From a candidate division FCPU426 bacterium (GTDB taxonomy: Bacteria > Oederibacteriota > PGYV01 > Palsa-1178), in assembly GCA_963840035.1 (NCBI GenBank), contig CAWIXE010000001.1, positions 1,024,001 through 1,088,000 of the forward strand: a DNA stretch of 64,000 nucleotides. The letters run 5' to 3'. Shown piece after piece: positions 42,601 through 53,249 of this stretch. How positions within the stretch are numbered: position 1 is the first letter of the stretch; every line of letters starts with the position of its first letter. The notes below the pieces were generated by a model, which saw only the letters and a list, made by a program, of their open reading frames with translations, was not told where the DNA came from and searched no databases. The translations under genes and the position numbers were made by a program.

Positions 42601-45326
42601 GACCAGTCCTGCGCAGGCTCGCCGTTGCCTGCAATTGATACTGCGGTGACCAGCGGCTGAAGAGTGCCTATGCCGCCCGGGTAATGCATTGAAGTGTCAT
42701 TGTTAAAATATTTATGCAAAATGTGGGTTGGCAGCGAAGTGGAAGCCTGGAAGCCGATTATGAGCCTCTGGTTCCAGCAGTTGATAGCGTCGCAATTGGA
42801 TACCAAATCCTCGGTGGAAAGGCTTAAACCAAGCGTTCCCTCGTTGTTGACCGTTGTGACCACCCAGCCTGTCGGATTTGTCGCCGCGTTGTATACGCCG
42901 CGGTAGGTCGAATTCACAAAGTATGAAACCCTGTAATTCCCCCAGTCAATCCACGGTTCGGTTGCTTCGTGCGCCCCGCGTATGGTCAAAACTTTCCTGC
43001 CGGCCACAGTAAACGGGTTCTCGGCTATCGAGAATGTCACACCGTACCTTCCGCCGTTTATCCATCCGGCGCTGGAAGAATCGCAGTAGCTTATGGTATA
43101 AGTGATAGTGTCGCCCGGGTTAGCCATGTGGTTTGACGCTGTTTTTGTAAGGGCAAGCGCGGCAGCCACGATATCCACGCAGTTGGTCTTGCATATTTTT
43201 GTCACTTCATTGGGCTGGTCGTTGCTGGTCCAGCCTGTACCGTTCGTACAGGTAATGTCAGCTGTTGTGCAGTACTTCGAATTTGGAGCGTCATCGCGCA
43301 CCCTCACGACAAGCGTAACTCCGCCCATTGTGGCGTTTAAGTTTGAATAGCTGTGCAGCCCCGGCACGGCGCCAATGCTCCAGGTGATGGTTTTTCCTGA
43401 CTGCGTATACGGCCCCGTGGCGCTTGAAAAATCAAAAGCCGCAGGAAGTGTCTCTGAAATCACAACGCCTGTGGCGTCAGTTGAACTGTAGTTGCGGTAG
43501 TTTATCCAGTATGTAAGGATGTCGCCTGTAAAGGCGTAGGTCTTATTAATCGCCTTATAAATTTTCATGTTTGCCTTTTTATACTCGGGCGAAGCCAGGT
43601 TTATGTTATTCTCAACCGGGTCCGTATAATTGCCTGTTAAAACAAGCAGCCCCAGCATCCTGAACCATTCATGGAAATATACCGGGACGCCTGTTAAGTA
43701 CAGGTCGCCCTTTACCTGGGAATCCCATGTTACAAACAGTTCCCTGAGCATAGTTTCCATAAAGGCGAATTTTTGGGAGTTTAAGATGGCGGCCGAGGCT
43801 GAGCCCATGGTGTAATTAGTATGCCAGTCATTGGCCGCCCCGTTCATGACGCTGCCGTCGAGGAAATAGCCCTGCCTGGTTTCAGCGGCGCCTTTGAATG
43901 TCAGGCCGTAAGTACCCCATTGCATGCAGCGAGTGCCTGCCGCGTCCTCCAGGAAGTTGGCAACTTTTAAGGATGACAGGTATTCATAATTATTGCCGGT
44001 TGAGCCGTCGATTGTATGTGTGGATGGATTCCAAGTATTTGCCGCCGCCGGGTTGCCATAAAGCGTATAATCAAGGGCGTGCCTCCATATGGAGCGAAAA
44101 TCCTCCCCGTCGTTCATGTTCGCAAATGTAGCGTCTGTCGCTGTGGCGTTATAATACCCGGCGATAGGGTAAGCGTGTTTCGCGTTGAGCCTGCCCTGCA
44201 GCCAGAAGTCAGAGGCGGCGGCGCGCTCAAGCTGGTCGACATTGAACCTGCCGAAAGGAGTGCCGTTCCAGCGGAGATGCGTGGCGTCGGTTAAGTCAAG
44301 CGCCGCGTTGTTCCTGATAAGAGCGTCAGCAAACGCGCGCCAGTATGAAGGGCCGGTGTAATCGTAAAAATTTTCGTTTGTCGCGGCTGGGCCTTCGGTA
44401 AAACCGTAAGGGCCGTCCCATGGGTCTGTGGCCCCGTTAGGGGACGGCACAAAATTGGTGTTTTCGTTCTGGGTATTTCCGCCTTTATGATATCCGTCAA
44501 AACCTACGACGCCTGTAATCCAGTCCCTGGGCTGGTTAGTGTGGTCGTCGCCTAAATCCAGGGCTACAAGGTAGCGTATGGCCGCAAGCGCCATGTCCTT
44601 GTATTTGATGGCCTTTAAACCGCCGGTATTTGTTTCCGGGCCGTGGCCGCCCGTAGCGTAGTAACCGGTGAAATCGCCCCACTGATACCAGGCAAGCAAA
44701 AGCGCCATGGCAATATCCACGTCCCCGTCAGTTGCAGAGTCACCCGGCGGCGCGTAAACAGAAATGAAATGCTGCCCGAAATTCGCGCCGTTCGTGCCCC
44801 TGGAAACCCAGGAACCGTCTGAATACTTCATGGCGTTCATGAGGCGTCCGTTTTCGACAAGCCAGAACCAGATGCCGTCAAAAGTTTTCTTGTCAGCCAT
44901 CAACGCCGCGCACAAAAGCGCGTAACCCTGTCCCTCGGAGCAGTTGGCGTTATTCGCCTGGACATTTACCATCTGAAAATTTACCGGGTTGGCGTTATTT
45001 GCCAGCTTGTAATTGGGGGGCGCGCCGTCATAGGCAAACCTGTTTGCGAATATCTGCCACCCTTCGGCTATCCATTTTTCCATTTCCGCGTGCGACACGC
45101 CGTCAGGCTGGTGCGCAAAATCAGAGAGGGAATAAAGGGTCGCCTGGCCGCCGGCTTTATAGTTTTTAAACTGTGGAAAAGGCATGTTGGGCCCTGTGGT
45201 TAAGGGGTAGTTTGAATTTATGGTGACAGCCGCGGCGTTATATACGTTAATGGCGGCAAAAAAATCGCCGCAGGGAAACGTGAGAAATAACAAGGCTGTA
45301 ATGATTATTATTTTTTTAAAACGCAT
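39639..45326 (-). CDS. Secreted multidomain GH8-like hydrolase: GH8 + DUF11s with inserted CBM3-like and jelly-roll modules + Thr/Ser stalk + DUF11 + T9SS-like CTD
   Basis: Signal peptide; SEGQGYALL; SATDGDVDIAMALLLA..QWG; FPNPY…IFTLSGE.V…WDMKN..G..I.QGIY…KGKLFVIKD. Confidence 0.88.
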   Translation of the reverse strand: MRFKKIIIITALLFLTFPCGDFFAAINVYNAAAVTINSNYPLTTGPNMPFPQFKNYKAGGQATLYSLSDFAHQPDGVSHAEMEKWIAEGWQIFANRFAYDGAPPNYKLANNANPVNFQMVNVQANNANCSEGQGYALLCAALMADKKTFDGIWFWLVENGRLMNAMKYSDGSWVSRGTNGANFGQHFISVYAPPGDSATDGDVDIAMALLLAWYQWGDFTGYYATGGHGPETNTGGLKAIKYKDMALAAIRYLVALDLGDDHTNQPRDWITGVVGFDGYHKGGNTQNENTNFVPSPNGATDPWDGPYGFTEGPAATNENFYDYTGPSYWRAFADALIRNNAALDLTDATHLRWNGTPFGRFNVDQLERAAASDFWLQGRLNAKHAYPIAGYYNATATDATFANMNDGEDFRSIWRHALDYTLYGNPAAANTWNPSTHTIDGSTGNNYEYLSSLKVANFLEDAAGTRCMQWGTYGLTFKGAAETRQGYFLDGSVMNGAANDWHTNYTMGSASAAILNSQKFAFMETMLRELFVTWDSQVKGDLYLTGVPVYFHEWFRMLGLLVLTGNYTDPVENNINLASPEYKKANMKIYKAINKTYAFTGDILTYWINYRNYSSTDATGVVISETLPAAFDFSSATGPYTQSGKTITWSIGAVPGLHSYSNLNATMGGVTLVVRVRDDAPNSKYCTTADITCTNGTGWTSNDQPNEVTKICKTNCVDIVAAALALTKTASNHMANPGDTITYTISYCDSSSAGWINGGRYGVTFSIAENPFTVAGRKVLTIRGAHEATEPWIDWGNYRVSYFVNSTYRGVYNAATNPTGWVVTTVNNEGTLGLSLSTEDLVSNCDAINCWNQRLIIGFQASTSLPTHILHKYFNNDTSMHYPGGIGTLQPLVTAVSIAGNGEPAQDWSDDWSQLPITAPYSQVGYGNGLAYFPYPISPDWTKGDGTSIPVTTINLTSCNGTKPSLSNVLVEEFDGYTWRRVFGDGPQPGRQVKNVFVIDSLPTGVTFGGFIDSDSATKTVSGRNITVNAGNMLVNQCAELKYWVTVNGSCPSGIVNPDMINTAFIYGDNESPVADSATVSVTCAYVPPPPPAPASITKTATNASPALNSTFTYIIDYTSLNGSVVNSADASQNVFTAGNWTKRYGATGTWTFNGSQASTSADSSIYTYNYSHGINGTVQLRANIQDGQDFAVVVRHTAGTAVADGIYIRFNSQWDGNRIQIYNGATAIGTAKIATSMKNLDIKIVLNGDTISIFQKNITDTNFPPAADLSVSGIPIRAGFAGIANGSVPAFTQYTGGAHVVSSWRTELDTAFNTLIHDPLPAGLNYLGGTNSVTVTAAGDIKWPVITQMLKGSSISYQWYAVASGPCGPVVNTAFAVPQGVTYTIAAQSSIDIPCGVTTPTFTPTRTSTPSFTLTATPTCTKTSTQSATPTSTYSYTSTYSYTTTSSSTPTNTPTRTYTPTVTDTWTVTIFSPTFTPSWTSTATFTATPSFTVSSSPTSTNTPTGTYTFTLTPTMSSSATPTLTYTLTATFTMTHTPSSTPEDTPSSNTPTVTRTWTNTFTATQTFTPSPTSSDTATPSSTATMTPTFTGTRTLTDTQTATPTSSDTPTATGTKTLTNTPTASPTSTNTRTLTSTPTSSDTRTYTPTYTPSSTPTASLTVTLTPLPSPVNIKIELLSAGEDPKLGSVINYTILITNNTDSPVTNISVWDSVPTYVTLTNIGFAMPLAADSSSTYLHWDLSLDQYGDPFTLPPGEEIRIEYSVRVTSNPPGQEMIINRAGTDYNDLVYTPSFQKHPPQFSDLSLFPRSRPVVFPNPYNLNKDTTVKFDNIVPGSMIRIFTLSGESVKDIMCTSVRTTWDMKNKLGKTISQGIYYFVIVNPGSNTAKKGKLFVIKD

Positions 45327-45346
45327 TTAAACCGCCCTTAAACATA

Positions 45347-45442
45347 ATTTTCAATTTTATATTTTCAATTTTCAATTAACAACGGGAACAAACCGCGTCG
45401 TCCTGCCTTTAATTGAAAATTGAAAATTTAGAATTGAAAATT
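45347..45442. repeat. Heptamer-repeat inverted element (AATTTTC type)
   Basis: aattttc-aatttta-tattttc-aattttc-aatt ... aattgaa-aattgaa-aatttag-aattgaa-aatt. Confidence 0.9.
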
Positions 45443-48400
45443 AATCTTTAATAACAAACAACTTGCCTTTCTTAGCCGTATTGCTTCCCGGGTTTACAAT
45501 CACAAAATAATATATCCCCTGGGATATTGTCCTGCCTAATTTATTCTTCATGTCCCATGTCGTCCTGACTGTGGTGCACATGATATCCTTTACGCTCTCG
45601 CCCGAGAGGGTGAATATCCTTATCATGGAGCCCGGGACTATATTGTCAAATTTAACGGTTGTGTCTTTATTTAAGTTATACGGGTTCGGGAAAACAACCG
45701 GCCTGCTTCTCGGGAACAATGACAAATCCGAGAACTGGGGCGGGTGTTTCTGGAACGAGGGCGTATATACCAGGTCGTTATAGTCGGTGCCGGCCCTGTT
45801 AATGATCATGTCCTGTCCCGGCGGCGTGGAAGTGACGCGCACGCTGTACTCAATGCGTATCTCTTCGCCGGGGGGAAGAGTGAACGGGTCGCCATACTGG
45901 TCTAATGAAAGGTCCCAGTGAAGGTAAGTGGATGAGGAATCAGCCGCAAGGGGCATGGCGAATCCGATATTGGTAAGCGTTACATATGTGGGCACTGAAT
46001 CCCAGACTGATATGTTTGTAACGGGCGAATCAGTATTGTTGGTGATCAATATTGTATAGTTGATGACAGACCCCAGTTTGGGGTCCTCGCCAGCGGATAA
46101 AAGTTCTATTTTAATGTTAACCGGCGAAGGGAGAGGTGTTAAAGTTACGGTAAGTGAAGCTGTGGGTGTGGAAGAAGCCGTATAAGTCGGGGTATAGGTG
46201 CGCGTATCACTGGAAGTGGGCGTGGAAGTAAGAGTGCGAGTGTTTGTGGAGGTAGGCGATGCTGTGGGCGTGTTTGTAAGTGTTTTTGTGCCTGTGGCAG
46301 TCGGTGTGTCAGATGACGTAGGCGTGGCTGTCTGCGTGTTTGTAAGTGTCTTTGTGCCTGTGGCGGTAGGCGTGTCAGATGATGTAGGCGTGGCTGTCTG
46401 TGTGTCTGTAAGTGTCCTTGTACCTGTGAAAGTCGGTGTCATTGTGGACGTGGAAGAAGGCGTGGCAGTATCAGAAGATGTGGGCGATGGCGTGAATGTC
46501 TGCGTCGCTGTAAAGGTATTTGTCCACGTCCTGGTGGCTGTGGGAGTATTAGACGACGGTGTATCCTCGGGTGTGGATGATGGTGTGTGCGTCATGGTGA
46601 ATGTGGCCGTGAGCGTGGAAGTAAGCGTGGGTGTGGCTGAAGAAGACATAGTGGGAGTCAGGGTAAAGGTATAAGTCCCAGTAGGGGTATTAGTCGATGT
46701 CGGAGAAGAAGAGGAAGTGAAAGTAGGGGTGGCGGTAAAAGTGGCCGTCGAAGTCCAGCTCGGGGTGAAGGTCGGCGAAAAAATGGTGACGGTCCATGTA
46801 TCCGTTACAGTCGGCGTTGAAGTGCGTGTCGATGTATTTGTGGGTGTGGATGACGATGTGGCTGTATATGAATATGTGGATGTAGGTGTCGCGCTTTGAG
46901 TGGCGGTTCTAGTAAACGTTGATGTTGATGTGACGGTAGAAGATGAAGTCGGCGTCTTGGTGGGCGTGAAAGTAGGGGTTGTGGCCCCGCAGTTGACCCT
47001 GACAATTGTGGCGGCGATTATCGGGGTTATTATTCCCTGGGGATAAACCCTGACAGTGTTTGTTATATTCTGGCACGAGCCGGTGACCTGGCCCCACCAT
47101 GTGAAGGCGGCGGCCTGGTTCAGATTAAGCACTGCTATTGTCGGCCAGCTGACAACACCGGTATTTAAGGCAGCGCCGCCGGATCCGCCGATAAATGAAA
47201 CACCGGCAGGCAGGGTGTCAAGGACCGCGGTATTATAGGAGGTGTCAAGTTCCGAGTGCCATGATGTCAGCCAGTGGGTGCCGTAATTATCAGTAACGGT
47301 TCCGGGAATACCGTTTATAACGCCGGCGTAACCTGGCTGGACTGTCATGCCTGTCATGGAGACAGGCGTGGAGAATCCTTCAAAACTCTGCGTGAGAGTG
47401 TTGTCAATATAACATACAATAGTGGGGCCGTTTAATACAACTTTAAGGTCGAAATCGGCATTTATCAGGATGCTTTGAGTTGTGCCCACCTGGGTTGTAC
47501 CGTTCCAGAATCTCACCTCACCATTAACCGGCGGGTTTGGTTTAAACGTAATATGCACGCCGTTTGCCGGGCCGTTAACGCCTGTGTGCCTGACAGTTAT
47601 TCCAAATACCGCAAAATTCTGCATGTGCACACGCGCGATGATAACGCCGTTCGTTCCGTTTGAGGAATTGTTTGTCATGATTGTGCTTTGATTCGAAATA
47701 TTTGATATTTTTCCTCCAGTGACAGTCATGTTCGTAGCCGGGGTGTTGCGGTTTGTCCAGCTGGCGGCGGAAGTGAGCGGGTCGTCTATTATGGAACCGT
47801 ATGTGTTGGAATAATTAATCGTGTACGTTACTGTATCGCCTGTATTATATGTTGCCTGGCTTGCGGTTTTAGTCAGTGATGCCGGCGCCGGGGTCGAAGT
47901 CGGAACAGCGGCGCAGGTGATGGTCACGCGTTTTGCGTCAAAGACGTAGGACTCATTATCCGCGATAGCGAAGGCAATGTTATCGGCGTACTGGTCAAGG
48001 CCCGGGCAGCCGATGGGGTTTACAGTAGTCCAGTATTTTCTGGTCTGGCATTCATTGACAAGCATTGAGGCGGTTGTCCATTGCAGTGTCCTGCCACCCG
48101 GTTGTGTCCCTGCGGTACCGAGCCATCCACCAAAAGTAACCTGGGTGGGAAGAGAATCCGTAACAACGATATTATCCAGCTGCCTTCCGGGCTGCGGGCC
48201 GTTGCCGAAAACCCTGCGCCAGGTATAGCCGTCAAATTCTTCTATGAGGATATTATCCACGCTGTGCAAAGAGGTGTTCGTGGCATCGCAGGCTTCTTTG
48301 TTTATTTTTGTCACAGGCACTGATGTCCCGTCGCCTTTTGTCCAGTCAGGCGTTATGGGCCAGAATGGGTCATTCTGGGTTGCTGTTTCCCAGGCCGCCG

Positions 48401-50965
48401 CCTGAGACCAGTCGTCGGTCCAGTCCTGGGGATTATATCCCGCGGTGATTCTTCCTTTTATTATGAAAGGGGCAAGCGTATTGCCCATGTGTATTAATGA
48501 GGGAACACCGGCTACATTGAATAGTTGGTGTGTCGGTATGGTTCCGGCGTTTCCAAACTGAAGCATAATCCTCTGGTTCCAGGAGCCGCGCGCGTCTGTA
48601 CCGGGCACCAGGTCCTCGGTGACAACCTGCTGTGAACCGTTTGGAAAACCAGCCACATAATCCAGCGCGATGGTCCATGCCGCGCCGTGATAGGATGAGT
48701 TCAGGAAGTATGAAATCCTGTAATTCTGCCAGTTGATGACCGGCTCTGTCGCGGCGTGGTTGGCGCGCAGATAAAAAGTAAGCGCGTCGGTTGCCGTGCC
48801 GGGGACCGAGTCCACGGCAAATGAGAAATTAACCCCGGACCTGCCGCCGTTTATCCAACCTGCTTTTGATGAATCGCAGTACTGCAGGGTATAGGTTATA
48901 GTGTCCCCGCCGTTTGCTAGATATGAAGAGGCTGTTTTTGTTATGGTCAGGGCCGCGGGAACTATGTCCACGCAGTTGGTCTGGCAGGTGTCTGTTACTT
49001 CGTTGGGGATATCATTTGACCGCCAGCCTGAGCCGTTAGTGCAGCGGATGTCGGTTGTATTGCATATTTTTGTGAGGCCCGCGGTATCCTTAATGCGCAC
49101 CACGAGTGTAATGCCTCCCTGTGTGGGGACGATATTCTGGTTCTGTACGCCTGTGACGGTAAAAGGCCCCCATTCATAAACGTTGCCGCCGAGAGGCGTG
49201 GCTGCCGGAACAGACGATACAAAGTCATACTCTGCCGCAAGAGTGTCGCGGACTACCACGTTATTCGCGGTAAGCGTGCCGTAATTGCGGTAATTCATGC
49301 GGTATGTGATGAGGTCCCCTGCGAATGAATAAGTTTTATTGACGGCTTTATATACTTTCATGTTGGCGGTTGGCGCTATGTTACACGGGTTGGTATGATT
49401 GCCGGTTAATATCATGAGGCCAAGCTGCCTGAACCAGCCGTGGTAATAATGCGGCACTGAAGTGATGTAACCGTCCCCGGGGGTTGTGGCGTCCCATAGT
49501 ATCATGGCTTCCCTGAAAAAATCTCCGGCTAAGGTATAGTCGTTATTTTGTTTGGAACCTACGAGTATGCTCGGCGCGCCTGTCCCGAAATACCAGTTTA
49601 AGTGGAACTGGAAGGATACGGGATTTCCGTCCATGTCGTAATCATGCGCCACGCCCGCGGCGCCCTGATAGCTGATGGGCCCGGCATTCGCCCATTTGAT
49701 GCAGGGTATGTCGTTTTTGAAAAAATTATAAACTTTGAGAGCCGTGCTGTATTGATAAGAGTTGCCTATGGCTGTCGGCTGATGCGTGGTTGGGTTCCAC
49801 GTAGTCGCCGGGTCTCCAAACCACAGGTTGTCAATTCCTTTTCTCCACATGCCCCTGAAATCCTCGCCTTCGTTGAACCTTCTGAATGAAGCGGTCTGCG
49901 TGGCTTCGTTTACGCTGTATATGCCGACAACCGGGAACACATGGCTCAAGCTGAGCTGGTTTTGCAGCCAGGCATCCGCGGCTGAAGCGCGAAGGTATTG
50001 GTTTACGTTTGACCAGCCGCCTGTGCCGGGGGTATTATCCCTGGCAGCCCCGTATGACTGGAGCGCGCAAGCGAAAGTATTTAAATATCCTGAACCTGTA
50101 TAATCATAATAGTTTTCTGAAGGCCCGGCAAACTGCGGCCGCGCGCCGAATAAGGCAAGGCCTGTGGTCGTGCCCCAGGCTGTCGTTTCTCCTGAAAAAC
50201 CGCCGCCTGTGTTGCCGCCGCGCGCGTAACCGTCAAACCCAATATCTCCCGAGGTCCACTGATTGTCGCCTAAGTTGTTCCCTTCGTCTTTTTCTACCAT
50301 GAAGCGCATCATGTCGAGGGCCATCTGCCTGTACTCGATTTCGTTTCCGCCTGCCCCTGCCGCGCCTGTTCCGCCCGGAGCGTAATACCCGCTTCCATTG
50401 CCCCACTGTTTCCATGCTATGAGGGCTGCCATTGCTATGTCCATGTCGCCGTCAGCAGCGGTATCCGAACCAGTCCCGTATACTGCCGGAGCGTGGGAGC
50501 CGAAAACATAACCCGCGTCATTTACGGCTCCGGTTGAATATATTTTGGTCTTATGGAAATAACCGTTCTCGTTAAGATAAAACCATAACCCGTCAAAAGC
50601 GTCCTTGTCGCACATAAGCGCCGCTGCCAAAAGCGCGTAACCGTGGCCTTCAGAGCACCATGGGGAGGAGCTGTCCCTTATGAGCTGGACTGTCTTTCCT
50701 CCGTAAGTAATTGAACCGTTGTAGTTGAATTCGTTGGAATGTATCTTCCATGCCTCGCGGAGCCATTTTTCCATTTCAGCGTGAGAAACGCCGTCAGGCT
50801 GTACTGACGAGTCTGAAGCGATTTAATGCCATTGGCGTAATTTAGGAACTGGGGGAATGGGAGAACCGGATTTCCGGAATTGATATTTATGTTAATTGCT
50901 GAAAAGACAAAAATGGGCATAAGCATAGATATGATGACTGTAAGCGTTAAAATTTTATGTTTCAT
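45441..50965 (-). CDS. Paralogous multidomain GH8-like hydrolase; frameshift at 50816-50817 separates the signal peptide
   Basis: ORFs 50678-50965 and 45441-50774. Adding one A at 50816 gives SLSDSSVQPDGVSHAEMEKW, matching the paralogue's SLSDFAHQPDGVSHAEMEKW. SEGHGYALL, AADGDMDIA. Confidence 0.88.
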
Positions 50966-51026
50966 CCCGCAAACACCCTTTCATGATAAGAAATGCCGTT
51001 CTATTTTTGCGTGAAAGCACAACCGT

Positions 51027-51055
51027 ATTATACAAATATATCGCTTTTATGTCAA
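51027..51055 (-). promoter_or_regulatory. Perfect sigma70 promoter for the GH8 pair
   Basis: TTGACA-17-TATAAT on the minus strand. Confidence 0.85.
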
Positions 51056-51145
51056 TTGGTATACCGTTTAAGTAACCCAAAAATTTAGACACATATAATA
51101 ATGAAAGGTTTCGCTGTTTTTGAACGTAAAAGCCTTAAAAAAAAT

Positions 51146-51174
51146 TTGACATGGGCAGGATGCGGTGTTAAAAT
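51146..51174 (+). promoter_or_regulatory. Divergent sigma70 promoter for the sugar-binding protein
   Basis: TTGACA-17-TAAAAT with extended TG. Confidence 0.8.
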
Positions 51175-51200
51175 TATCAAAAGAAAATAGGGAGGTTTAC

Positions 51201-52491
51201 ATGAAAAAAACTCTGAAAACGCTTTCGCTCGCTGTATTTGTCCTTGTTATTCTCCTTCTTGTACTGACATCCTGCGGAAAAATAGGCAGCCAGGTTACTT
51301 TGCGCTGCGCTTACTGGGGTGACACTTCCGAGATTGAAATCATAAAAAGCAGCGTGGAACTCTTTAAGAAAAACAACCCGGGCATTGACGTAAAGCTTGA
51401 GAGGCTTCCTGCCGGGGACGCGTACACGGAAAAAATAATTACGCAGATAGCCGGCGGCAACCCCGTGGATGTCATGTTTGTCAATGCCGAGCAGTTTTAC
51501 ATCTACGCGAAAAAAGGCATACTGCTTCCTTTAAACGCCAACGTTGAAAAAGACAAGTTCCCTGTGGATAAGTTCTACGCAAAGATAATAGACAAATTCA
51601 CCGTTGATAAAAACCTCTATGTCCTCCCGCGCGACATCGCGCCTGTGTGCGTGGTGTTTTACAATAAAGAACTCTTTGACGCCGCGGGATTGCGGTACCC
51701 GACGCCTGAATGGAAATGGGATGACATGAGGGCCATGGCAGTAAAGCTGACCCAGAAGATGGCGGACGGCACCACTGTGTTCGGCTACGCGGACGAGTGG
51801 GGGATATGGGACCCTTTTGTTTTATCCAACGGCGGAAAATATGTGGATGACTTAAAGAACCCGAAGAAATGCCTCCTTGATTCAAAAGAAGCCATAGCCG
51901 GCCTGCAGTACAGGCAGGATCTTATTTATAAATATAAGGTAATGCCTTCGCCTTCGCAGCTTTCAGCCATGGGCGGAGTGGGAGCGGCTGACCTTTTCAT
52001 ACAGGGCAAGGCAGCCATGTTCCTCTCAGGCATCTGGAAGACGCCATATTTCAGGACGACCATGAAACAGAAATGGGACGCCACTGTATTCCCGAAGGGG
52101 CCCTCAGGCAAGAAGGGGTATTTAATCAGCGGCGGCGGATATTCCATACTTAAGTCAACAAAGCACCCTGAGGAGGCGTGGAAACTTCTTACGTATTTAG
52201 CCGGTGAAGAAGGGCAAAAGCAGCTGGCTAAGACAGGCCTCGCGCAGACCTGCCATTAAAGCCATAGCTGAATCAGCTGATTTCATAGACGGCAACCCGC
52301 CTGCTTCAAAGAAGTTCCTCTTAGACGCGGTCAACTACGGGTGTTTTGTGCCGGACAACGACCACTGGCAGCAGGCGTTAAGCGCCTCCATCATCCCGTC
52401 AATGGACAAGATATGGGCGGGAACAAAAAAACCCGCGGAGATAATGCCGGCAGTGGCGAAGGAAGTTACGAAGATAATAAACGAGGAATAA
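51201..52491 (+). CDS. Sugar ABC transporter substrate-binding lipoprotein; +1 frameshift at ~52248
   Basis: LTSC lipobox, FYNKELFD.AG..YP...W.WDD, F.QGKAAM...G.W. Removing A52248 joins the ORFs as TGLAQPAIKA. Confidence 0.88.
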
Positions 52492-52496
52492 AACCA

Positions 52497-52617
52497 GTTC
52501 GGAGTTCGGAGGGTGGGGTTCGGAGTTGATAGGCGGGTTTTAAAGTTGAGGCTAAGGGCTTTGGATGTTTGATTTTATTGTTTTTCTACTCCGAACTCTA
52601 CCCTCCGAACTCCGAAC
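52497..52617. repeat. Heptamer-repeat inverted element (GTTCGGA type)
   Basis: gttcgga-gttcgga-gggtggg-gttcgga-gt ... ac-tccgaac-tctaccc-tccgaac-tccgaac. Confidence 0.9.
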
Positions 52618-52625
52618 AGCAGTTA

Positions 52626-53087
52626 TTACGTGTTCGCCCTATTTTCAATCCACGCTATGTTTATTTTTTCCGTATGCCTTCTTGTGTCGGCTTCAAGCGT
52701 GTTCAGGACTTTTTTCAGCACGTCGGGGTCGCCTTTGAAGACTTCAAAAAACCTTCTCTCTATCATCGACCTCTCCACTTCGCGCGCGATTGTAAGCGCC
52801 TGTATGAGGGTCATGCCTCCAAAGGCGATGTTGTCTTTTTCTTTTTTGAGGTAGTTGAGCATGGTCTTTATCAGCTCTTCCTTGAACCTGTGGGGCTCAA
52901 GCACCAGCGCGCCTGACTCTACTTCCGCCTTTAACGTGGCAATGAGATCGGCGTGTCCGTTCTCTTCAAAAGCCACGGAATTCCAGAACTCCGAATACAT
53001 GGGGAATGTTTCCGCGTACGCGGAATACAAGTCTTTTAAGGCGGTTTCGTGGGCTATAAGAAGTTCGATTACGCTAGTGTCGGGCAT
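52626..53087 (-). CDS. Ferritin-like / rubrerythrin-type protein
   Basis: E…Y, FW…A.EE.GHA, second helical pair ending DT.RH; ATG 53087 after AAGGA. Confidence 0.75.
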   Translation of the reverse strand: MPDTSVIELLIAHETALKDLYSAYAETFPMYSEFWNSVAFEENGHADLIATLKAEVESGALVLEPHRFKEELIKTMLNYLKKEKDNIAFGGMTLIQALTIAREVERSMIERRFFEVFKGDPDVLKKVLNTLEADTRRHTEKINIAWIENRANT

Positions 53088-53100
53088 GGTTTTTTCCTTT

Positions 53101-53126
53101 GTAGGGGACGCGCTCCTGCGCGTCCC
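53101..53126 (+). repeat. Single GTAG REP
   Basis: gtaggggacgcgctcctgcgcgtccc. Confidence 0.8.
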
Positions 53127-53249
53127 GAATGTGGTTTTAAAACGGGGCATAGGGCCGATAATCGAAAATAGAGAATTGACCGGGGATGCCTTAAATTATA
53201 TAGATTATTGAGGCATCCCCTAGACCATATTTTCGCTTTAGCGAAAATA

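Noticed and set aside
34827..46899. Val/Gly-rich ORFs (34827-35660 minus; 40396-40752 and 46198-46899 plus)
   Set aside because: Reverse-complement readings of the Thr/Pro linkers.
30832..50965. Cellulosome (cohesin/dockerin) components
   Set aside because: No duplicated dockerin Ca-binding motif or cohesin pattern recognised in any of the large proteins.
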